Origin: Candidatus Cloacimonadota bacterium
Lineage (GTDB): Bacteria; Cloacimonadota; Cloacimonadia; Cloacimonadales; Cloacimonadaceae
DNA: 54,547 bases
Reading direction: 5' to 3'
Assembly: GCA_029565595.1 (NCBI GenBank)
Contig: JAKQNV010000159.1
Span: 1-54,547 of the forward strand
Part shown: positions 19,977 to 30,316 of the stretch, piece by piece
Layout of the letters: every line of letters starts with the position of its first letter
Numbering within the stretch: the first letter of the stretch is position 1
Position numbers and translations under genes: made by a program
The notes under the pieces: generated by a model
The model's database searches: none
What the model saw: only the letters and a program-made list of their open reading frames with translations
Told to the model about the DNA's origin: nothing

Positions 19977-20034
19977 CATATAAACAGGTTATAAAAACTT
20001 GGAAAAAAAACAAAATACATAGATGGAGGAAACC

Positions 20035-21372
20035 ATGACCTTTCAGGAATTCATGGACAAAGTCGCAGCCAAGAATCCGGGACAGCCGGAATTTTTGCAG
20101 GCTGTGAAAGAAGTCGTCGAAACCATTTGGGATGTCTATATTGACAATCCCCGCTTCGTAAAAGCCAACATTTTAGAACGCCTCGTCGAACCGGAGCGCG
20201 TGATCATGTTTCGTGTGCCCTGGATGGACGACAAAGGCGAAATCCATGTACAGCGCGGCTACCGCGTACAATTTAACAGCGCCATCGGCCCCTACAAGGG
20301 CGGCCTGCGCTTCCACCCCAGCGTGAACCTTTCGATTTTGAAGTTCCTCGGCTTCGAGCAGATCTTCAAAAACAGCCTCACCACGCTTCCCATGGGCGGC
20401 GGCAAGGGCGGTTCCGATTTTGACGCCAAAGGCAAATCGGACGCCGAGATCATGCGTTTCTGCCAATCTTTCATGGCCGAACTTTTCCGCCACATCGGAC
20501 CCGACACGGACGTTCCCGCCGGCGATATCGGCGTGGGCGGCCGCGAGATCGGCTTCCTGTTTGGCTACTATAAAAAACTCATCAACGAGTTTACCGGCGT
20601 CCTCACCGGCAAAGGCATCAACTGGGGCGGCAGCTTGATCCGTCCTGAAGCCACCGGTTTTGGCGTCGTCTATTTCACCGAAGAAATGCTCAAGACCCAG
20701 GGCAAGGACTTCAAGGGCAAACGCGTCGCCCTTTCCGGCTTCGGCAACGTCGCCTGGGGAGCCGCCCAAAAGATCAATGAGCTTGGCGGCAAGGTTGTCA
20801 CCCTCTCTGGTCCTGACGGCTACATCCTCGACGAAGACGGCGTTTCCGGTGAAAAAATCGACTACATGCTGGAACTCCGCGCCTCCAACAACGACCGCGT
20901 CATCGACTATGCCGACGTCTTCCCCAAAGCCAAGTTCTTTGCCGACAAGCGCCCCTGGGAAGTCCCGGTGGACGTCGCCATCCCCTGCGCCACGCAGAAC
21001 GAACTGGATGAAAACGATGCCAAGACGCTCGTCAAGAACGGCTGCTATTGCGTGACCGAGGCTGCCAACATGCCTTGCACACCCGAAGCCGTCGAAGTCT
21101 TCCAGAAAGCCAAGATCCTCTTTGCTCCCGGCAAAGCCGCCAACGCCGGCGGTGTCGCCACAAGCGGTCTGGAAATGACGCAAAACTCCATGCGCCTGGG
21201 TTGGAACAAGGAAGAAGTGGACGCCCGCCTGCACGGCATCATGATCAACATCCACGAAGCCTGCCGCGAGAACGGCAAACAAGCCGACGGTTACGTCAAC
21301 TACGTCAAAGGCGCCAACATCGCCGGATTCCTCAAAGTCGCCAACGCCATGTGCGACCAGGGACTGATCTAA
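20035..21372 (+). CDS. gdhA: NADP-specific glutamate dehydrogenase
   Basis: GPYKGGLRFHPSVN, LPMGGGKGGSDF, DVPAGDIGVG, RPEATG and KAANAGGVA. Start set at ATG 20035 after GGAGG (alternative start 20023). Confidence 0.96.
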   Translation: MTFQEFMDKVAAKNPGQPEFLQAVKEVVETIWDVYIDNPRFVKANILERLVEPERVIMFRVPWMDDKGEIHVQRGYRVQFNSAIGPYKGGLRFHPSVNLSILKFLGFEQIFKNSLTTLPMGGGKGGSDFDAKGKSDAEIMRFCQSFMAELFRHIGPDTDVPAGDIGVGGREIGFLFGYYKKLINEFTGVLTGKGINWGGSLIRPEATGFGVVYFTEEMLKTQGKDFKGKRVALSGFGNVAWGAAQKINELGGKVVTLSGPDGYILDEDGVSGEKIDYMLELRASNNDRVIDYADVFPKAKFFADKRPWEVPVDVAIPCATQNELDENDAKTLVKNGCYCVTEAANMPCTPEAVEVFQKAKILFAPGKAANAGGVATSGLEMTQNSMRLGWNKEEVDARLHGIMINIHEACRENGKQADGYVNYVKGANIAGFLKVANAMCDQGLI

Positions 21373-21394
21373 GAATCAACCATCCACATAGAAC

Positions 21395-21424
21395 AAACCC
21401 GGTTCCCAAGAGCCGGGTTTTTTG
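21395..21424 (+). terminator. Intrinsic terminator after gdhA
   Basis: Stem AAACCCGGTT/AGCCGGGTTT followed by further Ts. Confidence 0.75.
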
Positions 21425-21507
21425 TTTATCATGCCATTTTGTACTATTGTGAGGCTTTCAGCGTTTGATCTGCGAAATACCCCTACTCGCTTGCCAATGA
21501 CGGATAT

Positions 21508-23199
21508 TTATTCCGCTGTCTTTTTCTCGGTTGCTTTCAGGTGCCAGAGAGCGAGCTCCTTCTGGCGGCGGACCTCACCCGGTTTGGGAATGTGGATGGG
21601 CTGTCCGGTCCAGTAATCCAATCCCGTGTAATACATACAGGTGCTGACTGTCATCGGGGTGGGCGTGAATTCCTGCACCTGTTCGACCCTCAGGCGGTTG
21701 GCGACGAGCCATTTACGCAGTTCAAGCGCGTCCTGGATGGTCGTTCCGGGATGGCCGATAATGATGTAGGGAATGATCTGGCGCTTGAGCCCGGCTTTTT
21801 TGCAGAGCGAAAAATACTGACGGGCAAATTCTTCGTAGCTTTCGATCCCCGGTTTTCCCAGCAAACGGAGCACGGACGGAACGCTGTGTTCCGGAGCCAG
21901 TTTCAAACGCCCGCCGGTGTATTTTAAAGCCAGGGCCTCAATGTAGCGCGGAGAACGTAGCGCGAGGTCGTGGCGGATCCCGGAAGCTATGAAGACACGG
22001 TTGATCCCTTCCGTGGCTTCAAGTTTGTCCAATAATTCCAACTGGGGCGCATGGCCGGGACGGAGATTGGCGCAGATCTTAGGATACAGGCAGGAAGCGC
22101 GTTTGCAGGAATCTGGCCAGCCCAGGGAGCAATTTGAGGCATACATGTTCGCAGTGGGGCCGCCCACATCTGTCAGGGTAAGCGCTTTGCCACGTTTTCT
22201 GACCAGGTTCTGAGCCTCCGTGAGGATCGAAGCCTGGCTGCGGCTGGCGATTTTCCTGCCTTGGTGGACAGAGATGGCGCAGAAATTACAGCCGCCGTAA
22301 CAGCCCCGGTGCGATGTGAGGGAATCTTTGATCTGCTCGAAAGCCGGAATCATCTGCCCTCCGTAGCGCGGATGGGGCTCGTATTCGAAAGGCAAGGCGT
22401 AAACGGCGTCCAAAGCCTCTTCTGAAAGAGTTTCTGCTGGCGGATTGTATCGGATCCAGCGGTTGCCGTTCATTTGGAAGACCACTTCGGTTTGGTGATG
22501 TCCCTCGAAGAGGCGTGTCATGCGGAGGAAAGTAACTTTGTCGGCGCAGGCCAGGTTGTCTGAGAGGATGATGTCGCTCTGTGCGGGAGGCTCGGCGCTG
22601 AAGACCGCCGTTCCGCGAATGTCCTGCATTTGCGCCGAATCAAGCCCTTTCTCCAATCCGTGGGCAATCTCCAAGACGGCGCTCTCACCCATGCCATAAA
22701 CGAGGAAATCGGCCTTGGCGTCGCTCAGGATACTGGCCCGGACTTTATCCTGCCAGTAATCGTAATGCGCAATGCGGCGCAGCGAAGCTTCGATCCCTCC
22801 CAAAACCAGGGGAACGCCCTTGTAAAGCCGCCTCAGGGCGTTGGCGTAAATAATTGTGGCGCGGTCAGGCCGCAAACCTGGCTGGCCGCCGGGGCTATAA
22901 GCGTCGTTATTCCGTTTTTTCCGCTGGGCGGTGTAGTTGCTGACCAGCGAATCCATGTTCCCGGCGGTGATCCCGAAAAAGAGGCGGGGCCTGCCCAAAG
23001 CCAGGAAATCCTCGTCCTTGCGCCAATCAGGTTGGGCAATTATCCCCACTCGATAGCCAGCTGATTCAAGCGCGCGACCGATCACGGCGGCTCCGAAGCT
23101 GGGGTGGTCCACATAGGCATCCCCGGTCACGATCGCAATGTCGATCTCGGACCAGCCCCGGTCTCGGGCTTCGTTCAGGTTGGTGGGCAGGAAGGGCAT
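21508..23199 (-). CDS. ygiQ: YgiQ family (UPF0313) radical SAM protein
   Basis: [53 protein letters not shown], and FTPTPMT..TCMYYTG. Confidence 0.92.
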   Translation of the reverse strand: MPFLPTNLNEARDRGWSEIDIAIVTGDAYVDHPSFGAAVIGRALESAGYRVGIIAQPDWRKDEDFLALGRPRLFFGITAGNMDSLVSNYTAQRKKRNNDAYSPGGQPGLRPDRATIIYANALRRLYKGVPLVLGGIEASLRRIAHYDYWQDKVRASILSDAKADFLVYGMGESAVLEIAHGLEKGLDSAQMQDIRGTAVFSAEPPAQSDIILSDNLACADKVTFLRMTRLFEGHHQTEVVFQMNGNRWIRYNPPAETLSEEALDAVYALPFEYEPHPRYGGQMIPAFEQIKDSLTSHRGCYGGCNFCAISVHQGRKIASRSQASILTEAQNLVRKRGKALTLTDVGGPTANMYASNCSLGWPDSCKRASCLYPKICANLRPGHAPQLELLDKLEATEGINRVFIASGIRHDLALRSPRYIEALALKYTGGRLKLAPEHSVPSVLRLLGKPGIESYEEFARQYFSLCKKAGLKRQIIPYIIIGHPGTTIQDALELRKWLVANRLRVEQVQEFTPTPMTVSTCMYYTGLDYWTGQPIHIPKPGEVRRQKELALWHLKATEKKTAE

Positions 23200-23232
23200 A
23201 AAAAAGGGGCAAAAGCATGTGCTTCCGCCCCT
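23200..23232 (-). terminator. Intrinsic terminator after the cold-shock gene, abutting the ygiQ ATG
   Basis: Minus strand reads AGGGGCGGAAGC-ACAT-GCTTTTGCCCCT-TTTTT-ATG: a 12-bp stem, then a U-tract, then the start codon. Confidence 0.7.
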
Positions 23233-23254
23233 GCGAATCTACGGCCTGACCAGG

Positions 23255-23467
23255 TCAGGGAGTCACGCGGATAATGTTGATCGCCTGGATGCCTTTGTCT
23301 GTTTCCATCAGGTCAAAGGTGACGATCTCGTCCTGTTCCAGCACTTTCAACTCCCGGGGGGAATTGGTGACGATGGATTTCCAGTGGACAAAATACTCTT
23401 TGTTGTCGTCGGTGATAATAAAGCCGTAACCTTTATTCTTGTTAAACCATTTGACTTTGCCTTTCAT
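23255..23467 (-). CDS. csp: Cold-shock domain protein
   Basis: MKGKVKWFN..KGYGFI (RNP1) and YFVHW (RNP2); 70 aa; GAGGT RBS. Confidence 0.93.
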   Translation of the reverse strand: MKGKVKWFNKNKGYGFIITDDNKEYFVHWKSIVTNSPRELKVLEQDEIVTFDLMETDKGIQAINIIRVTP

Positions 23468-23683
23468 TTGTACCTCATAAACATTGGTGATTCCAAGAAT
23501 AATATAACCGGGAATCAGTCAATATAAAAATGGAAATTTCCTTTTTTGGCAAAAAACACCCTGAGTGGCTGAGGATTTTCATTGACGTTTTATGCCGGTG
23601 GCGATAAATGGCTTTTAGTAACGATTTCCAAGGGAAAACGCCCGTCCACCAAGACAAGGCCGTTTCCCGGCAAGGCGGCACAA

Positions 23684-24043
23684 ATGAGTCCAATGATACT
23701 CTTGGTAGATGAGGACAGGCTTCTCCGCGAAGTTCTGCAGGAATATCTCGCTGCCAGGGGTTATGCGTTGGACGCCGCGGAAAACAATATTGAGGCCTTG
23801 CGCCTGTTGGAACCTGGCAAATACGGCCTGGCGCTGATCGGGCAAGGCATGAAACAGGAAAGCGGGCTTAAATTGCTTAAAGAGATCCGTAAACTGGACC
23901 GCGATATGGTCTGCGTCATCATGACCTCCTACACCAATTTGCATGATATTTTCAAGAACCTTGAGGACGAACGCACCGATTACCTCCTCAAGCCCTTCCA
24001 GCTCAGCGAATTGCACAATATGGTAAAAAAGTATCTGCCCTGA
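23684..24043 (+). CDS. Stand-alone receiver (REC) domain protein lacking the phospho-acceptor Asp
   Basis: ILLVDED, IMTSY and YLLKPF are conserved. Strand beta3 ends LALIG instead of LxxxD. The start is uncertain (23684 or 23693). Confidence 0.75.
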   Translation: MSPMILLVDEDRLLREVLQEYLAARGYALDAAENNIEALRLLEPGKYGLALIGQGMKQESGLKLLKEIRKLDRDMVCVIMTSYTNLHDIFKNLEDERTDYLLKPFQLSELHNMVKKYLP

Positions 24044-24044
24044 A

Positions 24045-24950
24045 ATGTATGATATAAGCGTCCGCGAACCTTCCCGCGAGGGTTTGCAGGCTAACCTACC
24101 TCTCTGGCTGCAGCCGGATTTCCTGGCCGCAGTGAGCGAACTTCAGGGCGTCGAAGCTCTGCAACTCGTTTGCCGCAAGGGCGACCAGTGCGTTGCCATG
24201 CTCCCGCTCTACGAAAAAAAGAGCCTGGGCGTGCGCCGCCTGATCTGCCCTGTGAGCGCCTATTATCAAGGTTTCTGGTATTTTTGGGAACCAGGCCGCG
24301 AACCGAATCGCAACCTCCTGGACGAACTCAAAGTCTCTTCAGAAGCTGCGGCGTTTCTCAAAGCCCGCTACAAGCGAATGCATTTCAACCTCGCCCCGCA
24401 CAACCTCGATGTGCGCGGTTTCACGACAGCTGGATTCAAAGCCCTGCCGCTCTACACTTTCGTGCACGACCTGTCGCAACCGCTGGGCCTGTTGGCCGAC
24501 GAACGCAAGCAACTCCGCACTGCCGAAAAGCAGGATTATCCTCTGGAAGAGTCCTTCCGCCCAGATGAGTTCATCAGCTTGCTCAAAGAACTGCACCAAC
24601 GCAAGGCCCAACGTTTCGGCCTGCCTTACGGAGCATTCCAATCTTGGATGGAAACACTGCATAACAAGGACTTGCTGGCGCAGTTCAATCTTCTCCAAAA
24701 CGGCGCAACCGTCAGTTCCAACCTCATTCTCGGCGGCCGGGAGGACTCCACCGGCTACTCGATAATGATCTGCACCAGACCGGAGGCGATGAAGAACGGA
24801 GCAGCAACCCTACACTATAAACTTCTCGCGGAAATGCTGCAGGATCGCTTCGCCACATTGGATTTCTGCGGAGGAAACGTTGTCGAGGTGGCACGCTTCA
24901 AAGCCGCGCTGGGGCTGGGCTTGAAGGTATTCTTCCAACTTCGCGGCTGA
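24045..24950 (+). CDS. GNAT/FemAB-like fold protein
   Basis: LWLQPDFL, AMLPLY, YTF..DL and TLDFCGGN...VARFK..LG match the FemAB-like GNAT pattern. Confidence 0.65.
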   Translation: MYDISVREPSREGLQANLPLWLQPDFLAAVSELQGVEALQLVCRKGDQCVAMLPLYEKKSLGVRRLICPVSAYYQGFWYFWEPGREPNRNLLDELKVSSEAAAFLKARYKRMHFNLAPHNLDVRGFTTAGFKALPLYTFVHDLSQPLGLLADERKQLRTAEKQDYPLEESFRPDEFISLLKELHQRKAQRFGLPYGAFQSWMETLHNKDLLAQFNLLQNGATVSSNLILGGREDSTGYSIMICTRPEAMKNGAATLHYKLLAEMLQDRFATLDFCGGNVVEVARFKAALGLGLKVFFQLRG

Positions 24951-24994
24951 GGTGGCGGATTGATCATATCCAGAACGGTTAACAAGGTATAACG

Positions 24995-25933
24995 ATGAAA
25001 ATAACAGTCTTGCTGGGAGGCATTTCATCCGAGCGCGATGTATCGTTGGTCAGCGGAAAAGCCGTTTCCGACGCACTGCGCGAACTGGGTTACGAGGTCA
25101 CGGAAACAGATCCCGCGGACTTTCCCAACTTCCGGGATCTCTTGAAAAGACTGGAGGAAAACCGCGCCGAACTGGTTTTTATCGCTTTGCACGGCGGCTC
25201 CGGCGAGAACGGCGAATTGCAGGCCGCGCTTGACCTCGCGGGATACCAGTTTACCGGCTCTGGGCAGCAGGCATGCTCGTTGACGATGGACAAATATGTG
25301 TCCAAACTGATGGCACTTGCGGAGGGTATCCCTGCCGCTGATTACATCCTGATGCGCGAGGATCTGTTAACCGACTACAACGATCCCGCAGATTACCGGG
25401 AAATCACGGACAGGCTTGGCTTGCCGCTGATCGTGAAACCAAACGACAGCGGTTCTTCAGTCGGCATCACCAAGGTCGAGGAGATCTCAGACTTGAAAAG
25501 CGCCGTAAAACTGGCTTTGCAACATTCGCACTCCGCTTTGCTGGAAAGATTCATCCCTGGCCGCGAACTCACCGCCACCGTCCTCGACGGCAAAGCCCTG
25601 CCGCTGGTCGAGATAAAACCGCTTTCCGGCTGGTATGATTACCAGAACAAATACAACAAGGGCCGCTCCGACTACCTAGCTCCGGCACCGGTTGAGGAAT
25701 CGGTCGCGCAACTGATCCAGCTTTACGCGGAGAGGCTGTGGCAGGTTTTTGGACTCAGCGGCTATGCGCGGATCGATTTCCGCTTCGACGGCGCCAAACC
25801 CTGGTTCCTGGAAGTTAACACCCTGCCCGGAATGACGCCGCTCAGCCTGACTCCGATGGCAGCCAAAACGGTCGGTCTGAGTTTTAACGACCTGGTGCAA
25901 AAGATAGTCACTCTGGCCATACAAAAAGATTGA
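24995..25933 (+). CDS. ddl: D-alanine--D-alanine ligase
   Basis: LGGISSERDVSL.SG, LHGGSGENG, KPN.SGSSVG, YDY..KY, RIDF and EVNTLPGMT. Confidence 0.95.
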   Translation: MKITVLLGGISSERDVSLVSGKAVSDALRELGYEVTETDPADFPNFRDLLKRLEENRAELVFIALHGGSGENGELQAALDLAGYQFTGSGQQACSLTMDKYVSKLMALAEGIPAADYILMREDLLTDYNDPADYREITDRLGLPLIVKPNDSGSSVGITKVEEISDLKSAVKLALQHSHSALLERFIPGRELTATVLDGKALPLVEIKPLSGWYDYQNKYNKGRSDYLAPAPVEESVAQLIQLYAERLWQVFGLSGYARIDFRFDGAKPWFLEVNTLPGMTPLSLTPMAAKTVGLSFNDLVQKIVTLAIQKD

Positions 25934-25943
25934 AGGACATTTC

Positions 25944-27086
25944 ATGAAACGCCATTTGGGTTTGAGCAGCCTGCTGCTATTGGCCTGTTTCGCGCTCTGG
26001 GGCCAAAACTCCTTTCTGAACACGCAATTCACGCCCCACTACATCTTTGTCAATTCGTTGAAATCCTCCAGCTTAGATCCCGAAGCGGCCTGGGCGCAGC
26101 CGATCCTGACGATGCTGCAGATTTCCAATGTATCCACGACTTCTTTCAGATTCTATCTGAAAGTGGATATCAGTTGGAGCGGGGCTTCCGAGCCCCTGCT
26201 GACGGGAATTTGCCTTTCGGAACAGGAACTTCCGGCAGGCGGAACTTTCGCAGCCCTCACCAATCAGGATCTGCTCAATAGCGTTCCTCCGGCAGGATTT
26301 GCAGCTGTCGGAGACTGGGATTTCTCTTTGGACCACATGACCGAAGGCACGACAGTCTTGAAAAATGCGGTACAGGCTGGCTTTTTTCCCGCCGGGTCAA
26401 TGAGTGTCAAAGCTTCGTTGCAGCCTGAGGCCATGGGTTACACAGATTGGAGCCAGGCGAGTACGAGCACATTTACCATATATGTGCGCAGCGCCGGAGT
26501 GATCCAGCTGCTCAGCCCCGGAGCCCCGATTGGCGTGAATCCGCCAGTGATCAGCGATAATCCGGTGGATTTTCTTTGGAATGCCATTGACACCGGGGTG
26601 AACGATTATCAGATCACGATCCGCGAATATCCTGCCAATCTGCCTCCGCAGCCCGGATCGCTGGCCAATACAGGCTCCGTCTTCTATGACCATGCCACCG
26701 GCGGTGGTGTCGACCAGTACAGCTTTGCCAGGTTTCTGCCCTTCGTCCCGGGCAACTATTATGCCTGGCGGATCAGCACGACACAGTTTACAGAATTCCA
26801 TCCCACCAGCAGTGGCGGCATCTGGCGCGACGACGATCCCGGCTTGATCGCCAGCGATTGGTATGTCTTCCGCTACGATTCCACAGAACTGGAAACCGAC
26901 ATCCCGCAACGGATCAACGCTCACCTGAATTCGTTGGACAACCCCGAACTCAGAAAATTGCTCGATTCGGGCTTTTTCCCCACGGGAAGCGTGCTCTGGC
27001 AGGGCAAACAGTACAGCGGCCAGGCAGCGCTCGACCTTCTGGAAATGCTCAAAGGCAAGGACTGCAAAGTCCGAGTTTGGGAATAG
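25944..27086 (+). CDS. Secreted hypothetical protein with beta-sandwich-like domains
   Basis: Signal peptide; IQLLSPG...FLW...YQITI.E...YYAWRI pattern typical of FN3/Ig-like modules. AAGGA RBS. Confidence 0.65.
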   Translation: MKRHLGLSSLLLLACFALWGQNSFLNTQFTPHYIFVNSLKSSSLDPEAAWAQPILTMLQISNVSTTSFRFYLKVDISWSGASEPLLTGICLSEQELPAGGTFAALTNQDLLNSVPPAGFAAVGDWDFSLDHMTEGTTVLKNAVQAGFFPAGSMSVKASLQPEAMGYTDWSQASTSTFTIYVRSAGVIQLLSPGAPIGVNPPVISDNPVDFLWNAIDTGVNDYQITIREYPANLPPQPGSLANTGSVFYDHATGGGVDQYSFARFLPFVPGNYYAWRISTTQFTEFHPTSSGGIWRDDDPGLIASDWYVFRYDSTELETDIPQRINAHLNSLDNPELRKLLDSGFFPTGSVLWQGKQYSGQAALDLLEMLKGKDCKVRVWE

Positions 27087-27098
27087 AAGGAGCCGGAA

Positions 27099-27773
27099 AT
27101 GAAGAAAATTCTCTGGCTCATACTGCTGGCTATTGGCGCTTCTTTCCTCGCGGCTGGGCAGGTCGCGCTGGTTTCAGGAATTGACGGCAAAGTAACCCTC
27201 TTGCGGGCGGGTTCCTCGGTCCCCATGGAGATTGGCAGCCTGCTGGACAACGGCGACGAACTGCAAACCTCGACAGAAGCCTTTGCCGCCCTGAAATTCC
27301 TGGATGGCCAGGCCAGTCTGCGCTTGTTTGAAAAAACCTATCTGCGCCTCTCCGCGGAAAATGGAAAAGGCGGTCTGAAAAAAATCCCCTCCCTTTCCTG
27401 GGGCAGCCTTTATGCCAGGATAGAAAAGGGTTCCGGAAACTTCACTTGTCTGACTAAAAACTGCACCGTTACCACCTCTAAATCTACCTTCCTTGTCAAA
27501 GTCAACGATCTTTCCGATTGCACATTGATAGTGCTTTCCGGAAAAGCGGAACTGACAGACCCCGAAACCAAGCAAGCACACTCCGTGGAAGCAGGCCAGA
27601 CCGCGCTTCTGGACCACACGGGCACATTCCTGAAACGCGATACCAGGGCCACCGACTTCTCCAAACCGGAGCGCGATTTTCTCAATCCTCAAAAGAAACC
27701 AGTTTCCACCGGCCTGGCCGTGCCTCTGACCGATGCTCAGGGACACATCAGATATGTTGAGTTCAGTTGGTGA
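27099..27773 (+). CDS. Exported FecR-domain protein
   Basis: Signal peptide; G.V...R, L..GD.L.T....A.LKFLDG..LRLFE.T, GSLY, T.F.V, and VLSG....V.AGQ. Confidence 0.75.
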   Translation: MKKILWLILLAIGASFLAAGQVALVSGIDGKVTLLRAGSSVPMEIGSLLDNGDELQTSTEAFAALKFLDGQASLRLFEKTYLRLSAENGKGGLKKIPSLSWGSLYARIEKGSGNFTCLTKNCTVTTSKSTFLVKVNDLSDCTLIVLSGKAELTDPETKQAHSVEAGQTALLDHTGTFLKRDTRATDFSKPERDFLNPQKKPVSTGLAVPLTDAQGHIRYVEFSW

Positions 27774-27780
27774 GGGCGGG

Positions 27781-30168
27781 ATGAAACACGTTTTTTCGCT
27801 TGTCTGCCTGCTGTTTTGCGGCGCCCTGCTTTCCGGAATCGTCGCCCTCCATGATGCGCCTCTATCATACACGGAAGGGGAAAATGTAGTCCTCAGCCTC
27901 GATATCCAGGATGGCCTGGACACCATCCAGAACATCACCTTATGCTACAAAAGCTCTGATGACGCGGATTTCCGGCGTTCCGGACTGGAACCGCAAACTC
28001 CGGGTTCAAATCTGTATGCGGTGGAATTGACCGGCCGTGAGTTGGATGGAAAGGACTTTAGCTACTATTTCGAATACGCGCTCAAAGATGGCCAGCTGAT
28101 CAAATATCCCAATGAGGAGCAGGGCGGCCAGTTATACGAATTGCGTGACCAAGCCCAAACCGGCAAACTGGCTGAGGAATTCATCCTGCTGACTGACGAT
28201 CCCGATTTCCCGCAGCAGGACTCGTATATTCTGGCCGTTTCCTATCTCGGATTGGCCGGCCGGATCGATCCCGCCAGCGTCAAACTCTGGATCAATGGCA
28301 AGGATGTGACCTCCAAAGCTAAAATTACCGAAAACGCGCTTGTTTACAGAAACGACAGGCCCAAGGCCGGAACCTACAAAGCCGTCGTGACAGCCCTGAC
28401 CAATAAGGGTGAAAACCTCAAATCGCCGACCTTCGAGACCAAGGTGACCACCACCAAACAAGGCTCTGCAATTGATCTAGGTGGCCAGGTTTATTTCCTT
28501 TCCAATTTTTACAAACACAACCAACCGGGAGTATACGATCCCTACGGATACGAATTTCCCCGGGACGGATACGCCACCGGGCTCGATATGGCGGTCAAAT
28601 ACGGAAGGTCGCAAATCAGCGCCAACCTTTTGCTCTCATCCCGCGAGAACAAAAACAGGCAACCCGTGGACCGCTACCACATCGGACTGGAAATCCCTTC
28701 CATTTCATTCCACGCGGGCGATTACGCACCCAGCATAAGCCCTTTGGTGATGTCCGGAAAAAACATCCGCGGCCTTTACGGAAAACTGAACGGCCAGTAT
28801 ATGGGATTGGAACTCGCCTGCGGCGAAATGGTACGTAAGACACTTAAAAACGCCAGCGGGACCAACATTACCGCGTTCCGGCAGGAGGCGATCGGCGGCA
28901 GATTCAGGCTGGGCCTGGAAAACGGACTTTCCCTCGGCGTCAATTTCGCCCGCAACCGCGATCTGATCAGTTCCCTGGATCCGGAGGATTTCATCCATTA
29001 CGATCCCGTCACGGCGGATACCTTGTTCAGCGTGGCACCGCAGGACAACCTGGTCCTCAGCGTCGATGCCCGGATCAACATTCCCTGGCTGCGCACGACT
29101 TTGGGAGCGGAATTTGCCGGCAGTTTGCTGAACCGCAACACTTGGTACGGACCCATTTCCGCAGCCGATCTCGGCAACTACATCGAAGACTACGGCGTCC
29201 TCGATTTCGAACCGGCGGAATTGGCAGAGATGTTCGTCATTGGCCGCCCTATGGAACCCCTGTCGCCGAGCAAGAACGCCTGCGCAGCCCAAGCCTATCT
29301 GCGCGCCAACATATTGAACAACCTGATCAATGTGAACGCCGGATTCACCGGACCGGCCTTCAACGCGCTCAGCACATCCAGCCAGCTGCGAGACACGCAG
29401 ACGTTTTCCGTCACGGACATGTTCAATCTTGGCCGGTCATTTTTCATCTCTGGCGGCTATTCGCAAGTCCGGGACAATTACTCCAAAACCGCCCTGCAAA
29501 CCGATACTTACAGCACCTGGCACCTGCAATCCTCGCTGCGCTTGTTAAAAATCCTCAATCTGAAGGCCGCTTATTTCTCCAGTAACGCGAAAAACGAGGC
29601 CAATCCTGAGCTTGCCGGCGCGGATGACTATTTACCCTATCAGAGGAATTCGCGGGCCCTGACCCTGGGGATCGGCTACAACGCTGCCAATATCGATTAC
29701 ATACCCTATCAGGCGGATATCAGCTACCGCGTGGGAAAAGACAGCAACGATCTGGAAACTTCTTACGGGAACTACGACAACAGCCTCAGCAGCATCACTT
29801 TTTCCCTGGCCAGCAAAATGAAAAAGTTCCCCCTGCGCGTGCAAATGGCGCTATCTATTGCTGGGCACGAGGCCAGGTTAGAAACTATCGATCCCGAAAA
29901 CAGTTACAACCTCAATTTGCAGATCAAGGGCACTTATACGCTTTTCGCCGGAAAATTCGTTCCCCGCCTCGTTTACCGCACGCAAAGGCTCAGCGGCGAC
30001 CAGGGCAAGCAAGCTTACAATTATTGGATTATGGGTCTGGAAGCCAATCCCTGGCGGAATGTGAGCCTCTCCACTGACCTCGGGACAAGGAATTACACGA
30101 ACGCCGAAAACACTTCCCTGAACACGAACAGCCTGACCTGGAGCCTCAGTCTCACCCAAAAATTCTGA
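27781..30168 (+). CDS. Probable outer-membrane beta-barrel protein with N-terminal Ig-like domains
   Basis: Signal peptide from ATG 27781; about 220 aa of N-terminal Ig-like region (IDPASVKLWINGKDVT); long amphipathic beta region; C-terminus WSLSLTQKF. Confidence 0.7.
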   Translation: MKHVFSLVCLLFCGALLSGIVALHDAPLSYTEGENVVLSLDIQDGLDTIQNITLCYKSSDDADFRRSGLEPQTPGSNLYAVELTGRELDGKDFSYYFEYALKDGQLIKYPNEEQGGQLYELRDQAQTGKLAEEFILLTDDPDFPQQDSYILAVSYLGLAGRIDPASVKLWINGKDVTSKAKITENALVYRNDRPKAGTYKAVVTALTNKGENLKSPTFETKVTTTKQGSAIDLGGQVYFLSNFYKHNQPGVYDPYGYEFPRDGYATGLDMAVKYGRSQISANLLLSSRENKNRQPVDRYHIGLEIPSISFHAGDYAPSISPLVMSGKNIRGLYGKLNGQYMGLELACGEMVRKTLKNASGTNITAFRQEAIGGRFRLGLENGLSLGVNFARNRDLISSLDPEDFIHYDPVTADTLFSVAPQDNLVLSVDARINIPWLRTTLGAEFAGSLLNRNTWYGPISAADLGNYIEDYGVLDFEPAELAEMFVIGRPMEPLSPSKNACAAQAYLRANILNNLINVNAGFTGPAFNALSTSSQLRDTQTFSVTDMFNLGRSFFISGGYSQVRDNYSKTALQTDTYSTWHLQSSLRLLKILNLKAAYFSSNAKNEANPELAGADDYLPYQRNSRALTLGIGYNAANIDYIPYQADISYRVGKDSNDLETSYGNYDNSLSSITFSLASKMKKFPLRVQMALSIAGHEARLETIDPENSYNLNLQIKGTYTLFAGKFVPRLVYRTQRLSGDQGKQAYNYWIMGLEANPWRNVSLSTDLGTRNYTNAENTSLNTNSLTWSLSLTQKF

Positions 30169-30260
30169 ACTCACATGCTGCCATCGGTGGGGATTCCAAT
30201 CTCAGAAAAGAGTTTACCCTAGAATCACAAACTCTCCGAATGATCCACTTATCTGCCCCC

Positions 30261-30293
30261 TAAAAAAAGACGATCCGCGTTACTGCGAATCGT
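30261..30293 (-). terminator. Intrinsic terminator for gene 30317-30583
   Basis: Minus strand ACGATTCGC-AGTAAC-GCGGATCGT followed by CTTTTTTT. Confidence 0.6.
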
Positions 30294-30316
30294 TCAAACT
30301 TCGAGTCAGTTGATTA

